The translations under genes were made by a program, and so were the position numbers. From contig JBIOXB010000239.1 in the NCBI GenBank assembly GCA_044869275.1, positions 18,843-82,842 on the forward strand: a DNA stretch of 64,000 nucleotides, written 5' to 3'. The notes under the pieces were generated by a model. The model saw nothing but the letters and a program-made list of their open reading frames with translations, was not told the DNA's origin and searched no databases. The DNA comes from a bacterium (GTDB lineage Bacteria > Zhuqueibacterota > Zhuqueibacteria > Zhuqueibacterales > Zhuqueibacteraceae). Below are positions 20,556-30,395 of this stretch, piece by piece; the first letter of the stretch is position 1; each line of letters starts with the position of its first letter.

Positions 20556-22274
20556 ATGAACGAAAAAAAACTCAGAAGCCAAGAATGGTTCGGCGGGAAT
20601 GATAAGATGGGTTTCGTCCATCGTTCCTGGCTGCGGAACCAGGGCTATCCCGACGATCATTTTCGCGGCCGGCCGGTCATTGGAATTTGCAATACCTGGT
20701 CGGAGCTGACGCCGTGCAACGGCCACTTGCGGGATTTTGCCGAGATCGTGAAAAAGGGCGTGCTGGAAGCGGGCGGATTTCCATTGGAATTTCCGGTGAC
20801 CTCCTTGGGCGAAACCATCATGCGCCCCACGACCATGTTGTTCCGCAATCTTGTCAGCATGGACGTGGAAGAGTCGATACGCGCCAACCCGCTGGATGGC
20901 GTCGTGCTTTTAACGGGTTGTGACAAGACCACGCCGTCGACCTTGATGGGTGCATGCAGCGTCGATTTGCCCACGCTCGTCGTGCCAGGCGGCCCGATGC
21001 TCAATGGCCGCTTCAGGGGAGATTGTATCGGCTCCGGTTCGTTTAGCTGGATGATCAAGACGAAGCAAAAGACGGAAGGATTCTCCGCGGAAGATTTGTT
21101 GGAAGCCGAAATCTGCGCGGCGCGCAGCAACGGGCATTGCAACACCATGGGAACCGCTTCAACCATGGCCACAATGGTGGAAGCCTTGGGATTGACTCTT
21201 CCCGGCGCCTCGGCCATTCCAGCGGTGGACGCGAGGAAGAAGGTCATCGCGCAACTTTCGGGCCGTCGCATCGTGGAGATGGTTCGTGACGATTTAAGAT
21301 TGTCCCACATTCTGACCAGAAACGCGTTTGAGAATGCGATTGTCGTCAATGCGGCAGTGGGCGGCTCCACCAACTTGATCATTCACTTGTTGGCAATTGC
21401 AGGCAGGATTGGGGTAAAACTAAACCTCGAAGATTTCGACAAAATCGGCAGCAAAATTCCGTTATTGGTCAACTTGATGCCCTCGGGAAAATTCCTGATG
21501 GAGGATTTCTTTTATGCCGGTGGTTTGCCGGTGGTGATCAAAGAGCTGGGAGAGCGTCTGCATCAGGAGGCGATAACCGTTAACGGAAAAACGCTGGGGG
21601 AGAACAATGCCGGTGCCAAATGTTTCAACCGCGAGGTCATCGCCAGCATCGACAAACCGCTGCAGCCGGAAGCGGGCATTGCCGTGCTCAAGGGAAATCT
21701 GTGCGAAAATGGCGCCGTGATTAAGCCCTCGGCAGCAACGCCGGCATTGATGAAACACCGTGGCCGCGCCGTGGTGTTTGAAAGCATGGAGGATTATCAC
21801 GCACGCATCGATGACGCTGATTTGGACATCGACGAATCGTGCGTCATCGTGCTCAAAGGAGTCGGCCCGAAAGGTTATCCCGGCATGCCGGAAGTGGGCA
21901 ATGTCGATCTTCCCGAGAAATTGCTGGTAAAAGGTGTGAAGGATATGGTCCGCATCTCGGACGGGAGAATGAGCGGCACGGCCTATGGAACTGTGGTATT
22001 ACACATTTCGCCGGAATCCTCCATAGGTGGCGTGCTTGCCTTGGTAAGAAATGGCGACTTCATCGAATTGGACGTCGCCAATCGCAAGCTGCATCTCGAG
22101 GTCTCGGATGAAGAGCTGCATAGACGCAAAGCTTCATGGTTGCCTCCCGCGCCGCATGCGAACCGAGGTTATGTGCGCATCTACCTGGAACACGTGCAGC
22201 AAGCCGACCAAGGAGCTGACCTGGAGGTATTGATAGGAAAATCAGGCGCTGTGGTGAAAGGGGATTTGCACTGA
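20556..22274 (+). CDS. IlvD/Edd-family pentonate (xylonate/arabonate) dehydratase
   Basis: RPVIGICNTWSELTPCNGH, GCDKTTP, GHCNTMGTASTM, GGSTN, ISDGRMSGTAYG; resembles the sugar-acid dehydratase subfamily. Confidence 0.9.
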   Translation: MNEKKLRSQEWFGGNDKMGFVHRSWLRNQGYPDDHFRGRPVIGICNTWSELTPCNGHLRDFAEIVKKGVLEAGGFPLEFPVTSLGETIMRPTTMLFRNLVSMDVEESIRANPLDGVVLLTGCDKTTPSTLMGACSVDLPTLVVPGGPMLNGRFRGDCIGSGSFSWMIKTKQKTEGFSAEDLLEAEICAARSNGHCNTMGTASTMATMVEALGLTLPGASAIPAVDARKKVIAQLSGRRIVEMVRDDLRLSHILTRNAFENAIVVNAAVGGSTNLIIHLLAIAGRIGVKLNLEDFDKIGSKIPLLVNLMPSGKFLMEDFFYAGGLPVVIKELGERLHQEAITVNGKTLGENNAGAKCFNREVIASIDKPLQPEAGIAVLKGNLCENGAVIKPSAATPALMKHRGRAVVFESMEDYHARIDDADLDIDESCVIVLKGVGPKGYPGMPEVGNVDLPEKLLVKGVKDMVRISDGRMSGTAYGTVVLHISPESSIGGVLALVRNGDFIELDVANRKLHLEVSDEELHRRKASWLPPAPHANRGYVRIYLEHVQQADQGADLEVLIGKSGAVVKGDLH

Positions 22275-22373
22275 TTCGTCAGCCCGATCGAAAAAACCGT
22301 CGTGGTGCCTTTAGGCACAAACCGTCTTGAGCATCGTGACCCTAAAGGGTCCACTACAAACGCGATTTTGAGA

Positions 22374-23210
22374 TTGAAGCTCTACAAGATAAAAAACGGC
22401 GTCGTCATTGAAAAAGATCACGGTTTTCACCTGTTGCAAGGCGAAAATTGGGATGACTTCGTCAATGATGACCATCTCCTTGGCAAACTCGCCGAAATCA
22501 CGCGAGCGGTTGACCCGATACGCAATGGCCGGCAACTCTTGAGCTCACTTTTGGAAGCGCCCATCCAGTCGCAAGAACTATGGGCAAGCGGCGTAACCTA
22601 TTTCCGCAGCAAGCAAGGCCGACAAAAGGAGTCCAAGGAAGCCGGAGGCGGTGAGTTCTATGCGCGCGTCTATGAAGCCGAACGCCCGGAGTTGTTTTTC
22701 AAAGCAACGCCTCATCGCGTCGTGGGTTCCGGCGGCAAAGTAAGAATCCGCCAGGACTCCACCTGGAATGTTCCGGAACCCGAGCTCACTTTCATGATCA
22801 CCTCGAGCGGCAAAATTGTCGGTTATACCATCGGCAATGACATGAGCTCGAGAAGTATCGAGGGTGAGAATCCGCTTTATTTGCCGCAAGCGAAAACGTA
22901 TGACGGCTGTGCCGCCCTAGGCCCTTGCATTTACGTCAGCGAGGAACCCGTATCCGCAAACACCGTGGTGCACATGGAAATCCGAAGAAACGGTGCACAA
23001 GTTTTTGTGGGCAGCGTGGAGATAAAGCAAATGAAAAGGAAGCCGGAGGAATTAATCTCCTATCTGTACCGCGAGTGTTCTTTTCCCCACGGCAGCTTGT
23101 TAATGACCGGAACCGGCATCGTGCCGCAGAATGACTTCACTCTGGAAAGCGGTGACGAAATTTGCATTACCATCTCGCCGATCGGCACACTGGTGAATAT
23201 TGTAGGGTGA
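22374..23210 (+). CDS. Fumarylacetoacetate hydrolase-family 2-keto-3-deoxy-pentonate dehydratase (XylX/KdaD-like)
   Basis: QELWASGVTYFRS, YEAERPELFFKA, WNVPEPEL, NDMSSRSIEGENPLYLPQAK, MTGTGIVP; TTG start inferred (ORF track 22302). Confidence 0.85.
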   Translation: MKLYKIKNGVVIEKDHGFHLLQGENWDDFVNDDHLLGKLAEITRAVDPIRNGRQLLSSLLEAPIQSQELWASGVTYFRSKQGRQKESKEAGGGEFYARVYEAERPELFFKATPHRVVGSGGKVRIRQDSTWNVPEPELTFMITSSGKIVGYTIGNDMSSRSIEGENPLYLPQAKTYDGCAALGPCIYVSEEPVSANTVVHMEIRRNGAQVFVGSVEIKQMKRKPEELISYLYRECSFPHGSLLMTGTGIVPQNDFTLESGDEICITISPIGTLVNIVG

Positions 23211-23225
23211 AGCGCAGGAGCAGTC

Positions 23226-25778
23226 ATGAAAAGGCGTGGGTTCATCAAGTACACTGCTGTCACCGCAGGCGCTATGAACTTCACTTGGAATGTGTCCAGA
23301 TTGATTCTTCTCATTCTACTGAGTGTTTCATTGACTGGCTTCAGCCAACCACTGGAGGCTAAGGCCGATCTCAGGCTGAATGACCTCGATTACTTTGAAA
23401 CGCGCGGGCTCAATATGCTGGTTTTCAGCAATTGGTACAATGGCCTGTTCAGCGATTCCAAAATGAGCGGCATCGAAATTATTCATCACGAAGTGCGAAC
23501 GGCAACCAACGGCGACGTGCGTCTAAACTCAACGCCCGAGCAATGGGATCCCATTCCTGAGTTCGTAGAACGCAAAGTGGATAAGGAGAACAACAGTATT
23601 GCAGCTTTTTTGAAATACCCTGCTTATGATTTCAATTACATGATAAAAGCCGAAGCGGACGACGGCGGGCTGCTTCTGAGTGTCAATCTCGAAAAGCCGC
23701 TCCCTCGGGAACTCGAGGGCCGTGCCGGATTTAATCTGGAATTCTTGCCCTCGGCCTATTTCAAGAAAGCATACCTGATGGACGGTAGTAGCGGCATCTT
23801 TCCGCTCTACCCCGGCGGGCCAATGGCAGTGGATAAATCGGGTATGGTTGAGCCAAAGCCGATGGCGACCGGCAAGACGCTCGTGCTCGCGCCTGAAGAT
23901 CCGGCGCGACTTGTTACGATCAAAGCCAGCGATGGCGAGCTATTGTTATTTGATGGACGCAACAAGGCGCAGAATGGCTGGTATGTCGTGCGCAGCCTTA
24001 TTCCCTCCGGTAGATCCGGAAAAGTTGTTGAATGGTTTCTCGCCGCCAACACGATTTCCAATTGGACGCGGCCGCCGATGATCGCGCATTCGCAACTCGG
24101 GTATCATCCCCTTCAAAAGAAAATCGCGGTCATCGAGCTCGACAAGAATGATCATCCGCCCAAAACGGCTCGCCTCCTGCAAGTGGCCGAGAATGGCGCG
24201 TTTGTTGAAAAATATCATGGGGAGATAAAGCATTGGGGCAAGTACCTTCGGTACAATTATTCGACTTTTGATTTCACCTCGGTAAACGAAGCTGGGATGT
24301 ACCTTATTGAATATGGCGAGCAGCGCACCAAACCGTTCAGAATTGCAGTAGACGTTTATGCAAATGCCTGGCACCCGACACTCGATGTGTTTTTCCCGGT
24401 GCAAATGGATCACGTCTTCGTCAATGAAGCTTATCGGGTCTGGCATGGCGCGTCGCATCTGGATGATGCTTTGCAGGCACCGGTGAATCATGAGCATTTC
24501 GACTTGTATGCTCAAGGTCCCACCACCGACTCGCCTTACCAGCCGGGAGAGCACATTCCGGGTCTGGAGGTCGGCGGCTGGTTCGATGCCGGCGATTTTG
24601 ATATTCGTACTCAAACGCACTATGCCGCCGTCCTGAGCATGGTCCAAACTTGGGAGAGCTTTCGCCCGGACAGAGACGAGACGAGCATTGCTCAGAAAAC
24701 ACGTTATGTGGATATTCATCACCCGGATGGCAAGCCCGACTTGCTTCAGCAAATTGAGCACGGCACGCTCGCGCTCATCGCTCAGCACCGGGCTGTGGGG
24801 CACGCCATTCCCGGCATCGTTGAGGCTCATCTCTCACAGTACACCCATCTTGGTGATGCATTAACCAAGACTGATAATCTGGTTTACAATTCCAAGCTCG
24901 ACAGCCTAGAATCCAATGGCTCCTATAGCGGCACATTCGACGATAGATGGGCATTCACCAGCAAATCAACTCCATTGAATTATGGTTCTATTGCTGCACT
25001 AGCTGCGGCCAGCCGGGCTTTGCGCGGGTACAATGATGTGCTGGCTGATGAATGTCTGGTCACTGCGAAAAAAACATGGGAGGAAGAACACAGCCATGCA
25101 CCGGATTTATTTCATCACGGCAATACCACCGGAGGGCAACTGGAAGATGAGGAGCTAAAGGCGGCGGTGGAATTGTTGATTTGCACCAAAGAGGTCAAAT
25201 ATGCAAAAAGGATAAATGCGTTGTGGCCGCACATTGAAAAACAATTCAGCCGTTTGGCTGCTCTTGCCGTGCGCGCCATGCCTTATATGGAGGCAGCATA
25301 CTCAAGAAAAATGGAGACTCTGGTGAAGGCATACAAAAATGAACTCGACCAGTATCCTAAACAGAATCCTTTTGGCGTCCCCATCTCAACCGGCGGCTGG
25401 GCTGGAAGCGGCTGGGTGGTTGGGTTTGCCAATACCAATTACCTTTTGCACAAAGCTTTTCCCAATATCATTGATCCTGACTACACTCTGCGCGGGTTGA
25501 ATTATATTTATGGCTGCCATCCGGGTTCGAATGTTTCTTTCGTGTCGGCGGTTGGCACCGATTCAAAAATGGTAGCCTACGGGAACAACCGGGCGGATTA
25601 TTCATTTATCGCCGGTGGTGTCGTTCCCGGGGTTCTTATTTTAGCACCGAATTTTCCCGAAAACAAAGAGGACTGGCCCTTTTTGTGGGGAGAGAATGAA
25701 TACGTTATCGGGCTGGCGGCGAATTACATTTTTCTGGCAAATGCGGTGAACGATTTGCTGAATGAAACATCGAGATGA
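23226..25778 (+). CDS. GH9 glycoside hydrolase with N-terminal accessory and Ig-like domains
   Basis: SQLGYHP..KKIAV, GGWFDAGDFD, PDLLQQIEHG, LNYIYGCHP, WGENEYVI. Confidence 0.87.
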   Translation: MKRRGFIKYTAVTAGAMNFTWNVSRLILLILLSVSLTGFSQPLEAKADLRLNDLDYFETRGLNMLVFSNWYNGLFSDSKMSGIEIIHHEVRTATNGDVRLNSTPEQWDPIPEFVERKVDKENNSIAAFLKYPAYDFNYMIKAEADDGGLLLSVNLEKPLPRELEGRAGFNLEFLPSAYFKKAYLMDGSSGIFPLYPGGPMAVDKSGMVEPKPMATGKTLVLAPEDPARLVTIKASDGELLLFDGRNKAQNGWYVVRSLIPSGRSGKVVEWFLAANTISNWTRPPMIAHSQLGYHPLQKKIAVIELDKNDHPPKTARLLQVAENGAFVEKYHGEIKHWGKYLRYNYSTFDFTSVNEAGMYLIEYGEQRTKPFRIAVDVYANAWHPTLDVFFPVQMDHVFVNEAYRVWHGASHLDDALQAPVNHEHFDLYAQGPTTDSPYQPGEHIPGLEVGGWFDAGDFDIRTQTHYAAVLSMVQTWESFRPDRDETSIAQKTRYVDIHHPDGKPDLLQQIEHGTLALIAQHRAVGHAIPGIVEAHLSQYTHLGDALTKTDNLVYNSKLDSLESNGSYSGTFDDRWAFTSKSTPLNYGSIAALAAASRALRGYNDVLADECLVTAKKTWEEEHSHAPDLFHHGNTTGGQLEDEELKAAVELLICTKEVKYAKRINALWPHIEKQFSRLAALAVRAMPYMEAAYSRKMETLVKAYKNELDQYPKQNPFGVPISTGGWAGSGWVVGFANTNYLLHKAFPNIIDPDYTLRGLNYIYGCHPGSNVSFVSAVGTDSKMVAYGNNRADYSFIAGGVVPGVLILAPNFPENKEDWPFLWGENEYVIGLAANYIFLANAVNDLLNETSR

Positions 25779-25831
25779 ATCGGCGCTTTTTATTCACACT
25801 TATTTTATACGGTAAGCTGAGAGTCACGATA

Positions 25832-25942
25832 GCGGCAGAAGACAACACTTCGATCGCGCCACTTCGATGTTTGAGCGGTTTGAGAAACGTTGGCAGCAGG
25901 CAAACTGAATATTTTGCTTTTCAATGATAATAATTTCTGGCA
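25832..25942 (+). pseudogene. Deleted relic copy of the cupin 3' end
   Basis: Near-identical to 20262-20315 joined to 20492-20550; W codon changed to TGA. Confidence 0.85.
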
Positions 25943-26038
25943 ATAGCAGCCAGTGATTCGTTGCATAAGAACAGTTTGCCTTTCAAAGCATGACGTAATA
26001 CGTAAGCAACGTTGATGAAACAGTCATCTGGATTGAAT

Positions 26039-27022
26039 ATGGAATATCGTGAACTCGGACGCACCGGATGGCAGGTATCCACAATCAGCTTCGGCGCGTG
26101 GGCAATTGGCGGCACCTGGGGCACTGTGGATGATGGCGAGTCAATGGCGGCGCTGCATCGTGCCCTTGATGGAGGCGTGAACTTCTTCGACACCGCTGAT
26201 GTGTATGGCGACGGGCGGAGCGAGCGCTTGCTGGCGAGGCTTCGCCGGGAACGGCCAGAAAAGTTCTACCTCGCCACAAAAGCTGGGCGCCGGCTCGCCC
26301 CCCATATTGCCGGAGGATACACCCGTCAGAATCTTGTCGCATTTGTCGAACGCAGCCTGAAGAACTTGGAGGCGGAGGCCATTGATCTATTGCAGCTGCA
26401 CTGTCCTCCCACTGAGGTTTATTACATGCCTGAAGTGTTTGGTGTGCTGGATGATCTGGCAACCGCCGGCAAGCTGCGTCACTACGGGGTGAGCGTGGAG
26501 AAAGTCGAAGAAGCCCTGAAAGCCCTCGAGTATCCGGGCGTACAGTCGGTGCAAATCATCTTCAATATCTTTCGGCAACGGCCGGCGGATCTCTTCTTCC
26601 AAGAGGCGCAACGCCGCCGCGTCGGGATTCTGGCGAGATTGCCGCTCTCCTCGGGTCTATTGAGCGGCAAATTCACACATACCAGCACTTTTGCTCCGGA
26701 TGATCATCGCGCCTTCAACCGGCATGGGGAATCGTTTGATCGCGGCGAGACATTTTCCGGGCTGGGTTATGAAGTGGGCCTGCGGGCGGTCGAAGCATTG
26801 CGCGCGCTGGTGCCGCCCGAGGGGACAATGGCGCAGATGGCACTTCGCTGGATCTTAATGTTTTCTGCGGTAACGTGCGCCATTCCGGGAGCCAAACGTC
26901 CGGCGCAGGTGGAAGAGAACCTCAAGGCTGCCAACTTGCCGCCGCTTTCAGAGGCAACGATGGCAGGAATAGGTGAGGTCTACAATCAATATGCACGCCC
27001 GCATGTACATCAATATTGGTAA
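26039..27022 (+). CDS. Aldo/keto reductase
   Basis: YRELGRTG..VSTISFGAW, FDTADVYG, ATKAG, IDLLQLH, AIPGAK. Confidence 0.93.
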   Translation: MEYRELGRTGWQVSTISFGAWAIGGTWGTVDDGESMAALHRALDGGVNFFDTADVYGDGRSERLLARLRRERPEKFYLATKAGRRLAPHIAGGYTRQNLVAFVERSLKNLEAEAIDLLQLHCPPTEVYYMPEVFGVLDDLATAGKLRHYGVSVEKVEEALKALEYPGVQSVQIIFNIFRQRPADLFFQEAQRRRVGILARLPLSSGLLSGKFTHTSTFAPDDHRAFNRHGESFDRGETFSGLGYEVGLRAVEALRALVPPEGTMAQMALRWILMFSAVTCAIPGAKRPAQVEENLKAANLPPLSEATMAGIGEVYNQYARPHVHQYW

Positions 27023-27102
27023 TGATGCGTGCAAAGCGTCACAAAACGTTTCCCGATCAAATAGAAACAAAAGTATCCAACACACTTTCAATGTATCTCA
27101 TC

Positions 27103-27765
27103 ATGAAATCAACTTCTCGAATGGTTTACTGTCATGCTGGTGGGCTTGGCAAAACGACCGTCCTACTTCTGCTCTTCGTTCTTTGTTCAGATACGACTTA
27201 TGCGCAGGGAAATAGCAGCAGGAACGTTGCCACACCTCCGCAACGAGTGGAAATTCCGAACACGCAATTGCTGAAGATTACTTCCGCCATGGTCGCGCAG
27301 GAGTATGATCTTTATATCCCTCTGCCGCGAGGCTACGGCAGTAGCAAGGATTCATACCCCGTGGTTTATCTTCTGGATGCGCAATGGGATTTTCCCTTAG
27401 TCACCGCCATTTTCGGCCAGCAATTCTACGATGGAGTTTCCGGTTTTCAGAAATTCGCGGATCATTTGAAAGCACGGAATTACCAGGGACTATCGCTGCA
27501 AACCAGGGTATTGGAAAACACCGGACATTCCGGAACAAAAGCCGAAGGCTATACCAGAGGGCTGCAGGCCGTATTCGCACGGCCTTCTTTAAACCTTGCT
27601 CCCGCAATCCTGGCGCAATACGTTGGCGCCTACCAACTCAACCCTGAGGTCAAAATCAACGTTGCGATGGAAAACGATCATCTTGTCGCACAGGGCCCAG
27701 ACAACATGAGATTTGTGCTGCACACCGAGACTGAAACGGGACGATTCACACGAGAGAGGAGTTAA
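27103..27765 (+). pseudogene. IroE/BesA-like alpha/beta esterase lacking its catalytic core (in-frame internal deletion)
   Basis: N-terminal 'EYDLYIPLP..YPVVYLLDA' and C-terminal 'LENTGHSG' present; no GxSxGG nucleophile segment; C-terminal 'LAQYVGAYQ' DUF3471-like stub. Confidence 0.7.
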
Positions 27766-27772
27766 GCCACAT

Positions 27773-28534
27773 ATGGCAGATTTGTATAAAGACCTAAATG
27801 ATAAGAATGTCCTGGTGACGGGGGGTGCCAGCGGGCTCGGTTACGCCATCGCGAGCGCATTCGCAATGCAGCAAGCCAACGTTGTCATCGTCGGCAGAAA
27901 CAGGCAAAAACTCACGCTCGTCAAGAACGAATTGGGCGAGAAAGTGAGCGCCATTGTCTTTGATCTCAACGAGATCGCCAAGCTGCCCGAGTTGATGGGC
28001 CAGATTGCGGAAGCCGTGGGCACGATTGACATTCTGGTCAATAATGCTGGCATCAATTCAAAGAAGGACGCTTTGCATGTTTCGAATCAAGAGTATCAGG
28101 ATATCATACAAACGAACCAGACGGCCGTGTTTGCGCTCACGCGCGAAGTCGCAAAATCCATGATGGCGCGGGGCGCCGGCAGCATCATCATGATCAGCTC
28201 CATGGCCTCGCAATATGGCATCCCCAAAGTCATCAGTTACACCGCCTCCAAATCCGCGGTCGAAGGCATGACGCGGGCGCTGGCGGTGGAATGGGCAGCT
28301 AACGGGATTCGGGTCAATTGCATCGCGCCTGGTTTTATTAAGACAGCGATGTCCTCGAAGGCTCTGAATGACGATCCGGAGAGAAAAAAAAGAGTGCTGG
28401 CTCGCACGCCCATGGGGAAATTGGGTGAGCCCGACGACGTGGCCAATGCCGCGTTGTTTTTAGCTTCGGCACAGGCAAAATATGTCACGGGCATCGTGCT
28501 GCCCGTCGATGGCGGCAATTCGATCGGATTCTAA
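27773..28534 (+). CDS. SDR oxidoreductase (gluconate 5-dehydrogenase/KduD-like)
   Basis: TGGASGLG, NNAGI, YTASK, RVNCIAPG, RTPMGKLG, VDGG; RBS gagga. Confidence 0.9.
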   Translation: MADLYKDLNDKNVLVTGGASGLGYAIASAFAMQQANVVIVGRNRQKLTLVKNELGEKVSAIVFDLNEIAKLPELMGQIAEAVGTIDILVNNAGINSKKDALHVSNQEYQDIIQTNQTAVFALTREVAKSMMARGAGSIIMISSMASQYGIPKVISYTASKSAVEGMTRALAVEWAANGIRVNCIAPGFIKTAMSSKALNDDPERKKRVLARTPMGKLGEPDDVANAALFLASAQAKYVTGIVLPVDGGNSIGF

Positions 28535-28575
28535 CATAACCCGAACAAGCCAGAAACCCATCCCGGCTTATTCGC

Positions 28576-28652
28576 GACAAAGCCCAAAATCCAAAGCACA
28601 AAATCCAAAGGTAGTTTTGTGCTTTGTGCTTTGGACTTTGAATTTCTTTGTC
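28576..28652. repeat. Inverted heptamer repeat element (CAAAG/CAAAA arrays ... TTTGTGC arrays)
   Basis: caaagcccaaaatccaaagcacaaaatccaaag gtagt tttgtgctttgtgctttggactttg. Confidence 0.7.
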
Positions 28653-28696
28653 AAGAAAGCCCAGATTTAACTTTTAACGCAATAACGGATCAAACT

Positions 28697-30265
28697 ATGA
28701 GCTTACTTTTTGCCGGACTCGATGTTTCCACGCAAAGCTGCAAATTAGTCGTGATCGACACCACCTCGAACAAGGTTGTTTTTGTCGCGTCGATAAATTA
28801 CGACGACGATCTGCCGCACTACGGCACTTTGAACGGCGTTAAGCAGGGATTGCCGAAAGGCGTCTCGGAATCAGATCCGAGAATGTGGATCGAGGCCGTG
28901 GAAGGGGTTTTTGCGAAATTGCAGACCTCCGGCGTTCCGACGGCAGACCTGAAGTGCATTTCCATTTCAGGCCAACAGCACGGCTTGGTTAGCCTGGATA
29001 AGCAAGGCCTGCTCACGCGCCCCAGCAGCAAACTCTGGAATGATTATTCAACTTTGGAAGAATGCGAGGTTTTGACAGAGAAGATCGGCGGCCTCAGTGC
29101 CATGATCCAAGAAGTGGGAAACAGCCAGCGCACCGGCTACACCGCGGCCAAGATTTTTCATATGGTGCGGCATGAGCCGGAGATCTACGCCAAATCCTCC
29201 ACCTTTTTTCTGGTGCACAATTACATCAACTTCTATCTTACCGGGGGCGTGCGTGTGATGGAGCCCGGCGATTTGTCCGGCATGGCGCTATGGAATCCCA
29301 AAACGGCGCAGTGGTCGCAGCGGGTACTGCAGGCTATTGCACCGGAACTGCATCAAAAACTTCCGGAAGTGAAACCTGCTGACGCCACGATCGGCAACAT
29401 CTCTGCGGATTTGGCAGCGCGCTTCGGATTCTCACCAGACTGTAAAATAGACGCCGGCAGCGGCGACAATATGTACGGGGCGATTGGCACCGGCAATGTG
29501 CGCGAAGGCCTCGTCACCATCAGTCTCGGCACCAGCGGCACGGCTTACTGTTTTATGCCGAAACCCTTTATCGATCCGACTGGCGAAATTGCGGCTTTCT
29601 GCGACAGCACCGGCCATTACTTGCCCCTGCTTTGCGTCTCCAATCTGGCCAATGGCTACGATGCGCTGCTCGCGCAATACGGGATGAGCCACAGTACATT
29701 CAACGCCATTATCAAACAGACTAAGCCCGGCAATGATGGCCGCTTGCTCGTGCCCTGGTACGTCGGAGAAAGGACGCCGGATGTCCCTCTCGCCGCTCCG
29801 GTTTATTTCGGTTTCGCGCTGGAAGATTTCACCAAAGAGCATCTTAGCCGGGCAGTGTTGGAAGGTCACATTCTGAATCTTTATGATGGATTTCGCCGCA
29901 TGCCGGTTGCGGCGAAAGAAATCCGCCTCACGGGCGGACTCGCAAAATCCGAGGCGTGGTGTCAAACCATTGCCGATATCTTTGAAGCCGAAACAATTCC
30001 GGTCGAGGGCGAAGGCGCGGCCCTGGGCGCGGCGGTGCACGCCGCATGGGTCTGGAAAAGGGAAAACGAAGAAACAGAAGTTTCTCTGGCAGAGCTAGCC
30101 AAAGCTTTTGTCGTTTTACAAGAAGACCGGCGCCGGAGACCTATTCCTGCACATGTCGAAGTTCATCGTCTGCAAAAACGCCTATTCACTTCCCTTAGCG
30201 CGCGTGTGCGAGGCGCCGACACAGCGGATGATCCATTCGCTTTGAGAATGAAGTTGCTGGCTTAA
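28697..30265 (+). CDS. xylB: Xylulokinase (FGGY kinase)
   Basis: GLDVSTQSCK, ISGQQHG, KLWND, GSGDNM, ISLGTSG, GERTP, RLTGG. Confidence 0.88.
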   Translation: MSLLFAGLDVSTQSCKLVVIDTTSNKVVFVASINYDDDLPHYGTLNGVKQGLPKGVSESDPRMWIEAVEGVFAKLQTSGVPTADLKCISISGQQHGLVSLDKQGLLTRPSSKLWNDYSTLEECEVLTEKIGGLSAMIQEVGNSQRTGYTAAKIFHMVRHEPEIYAKSSTFFLVHNYINFYLTGGVRVMEPGDLSGMALWNPKTAQWSQRVLQAIAPELHQKLPEVKPADATIGNISADLAARFGFSPDCKIDAGSGDNMYGAIGTGNVREGLVTISLGTSGTAYCFMPKPFIDPTGEIAAFCDSTGHYLPLLCVSNLANGYDALLAQYGMSHSTFNAIIKQTKPGNDGRLLVPWYVGERTPDVPLAAPVYFGFALEDFTKEHLSRAVLEGHILNLYDGFRRMPVAAKEIRLTGGLAKSEAWCQTIADIFEAETIPVEGEGAALGAAVHAAWVWKRENEETEVSLAELAKAFVVLQEDRRRRPIPAHVEVHRLQKRLFTSLSARVRGADTADDPFALRMKLLA

Positions 30266-30395
30266 TGTTACAACAATTTAATCAAATTTCAGGCTAAATC
30301 CCGGCGATCTTGCTTGACTTTTCGATTAATTGTTCGGACTTAATGGCGATTTATCATTGCTATAAGAACACCTTAAACTAAGATGGGTATCTTTT

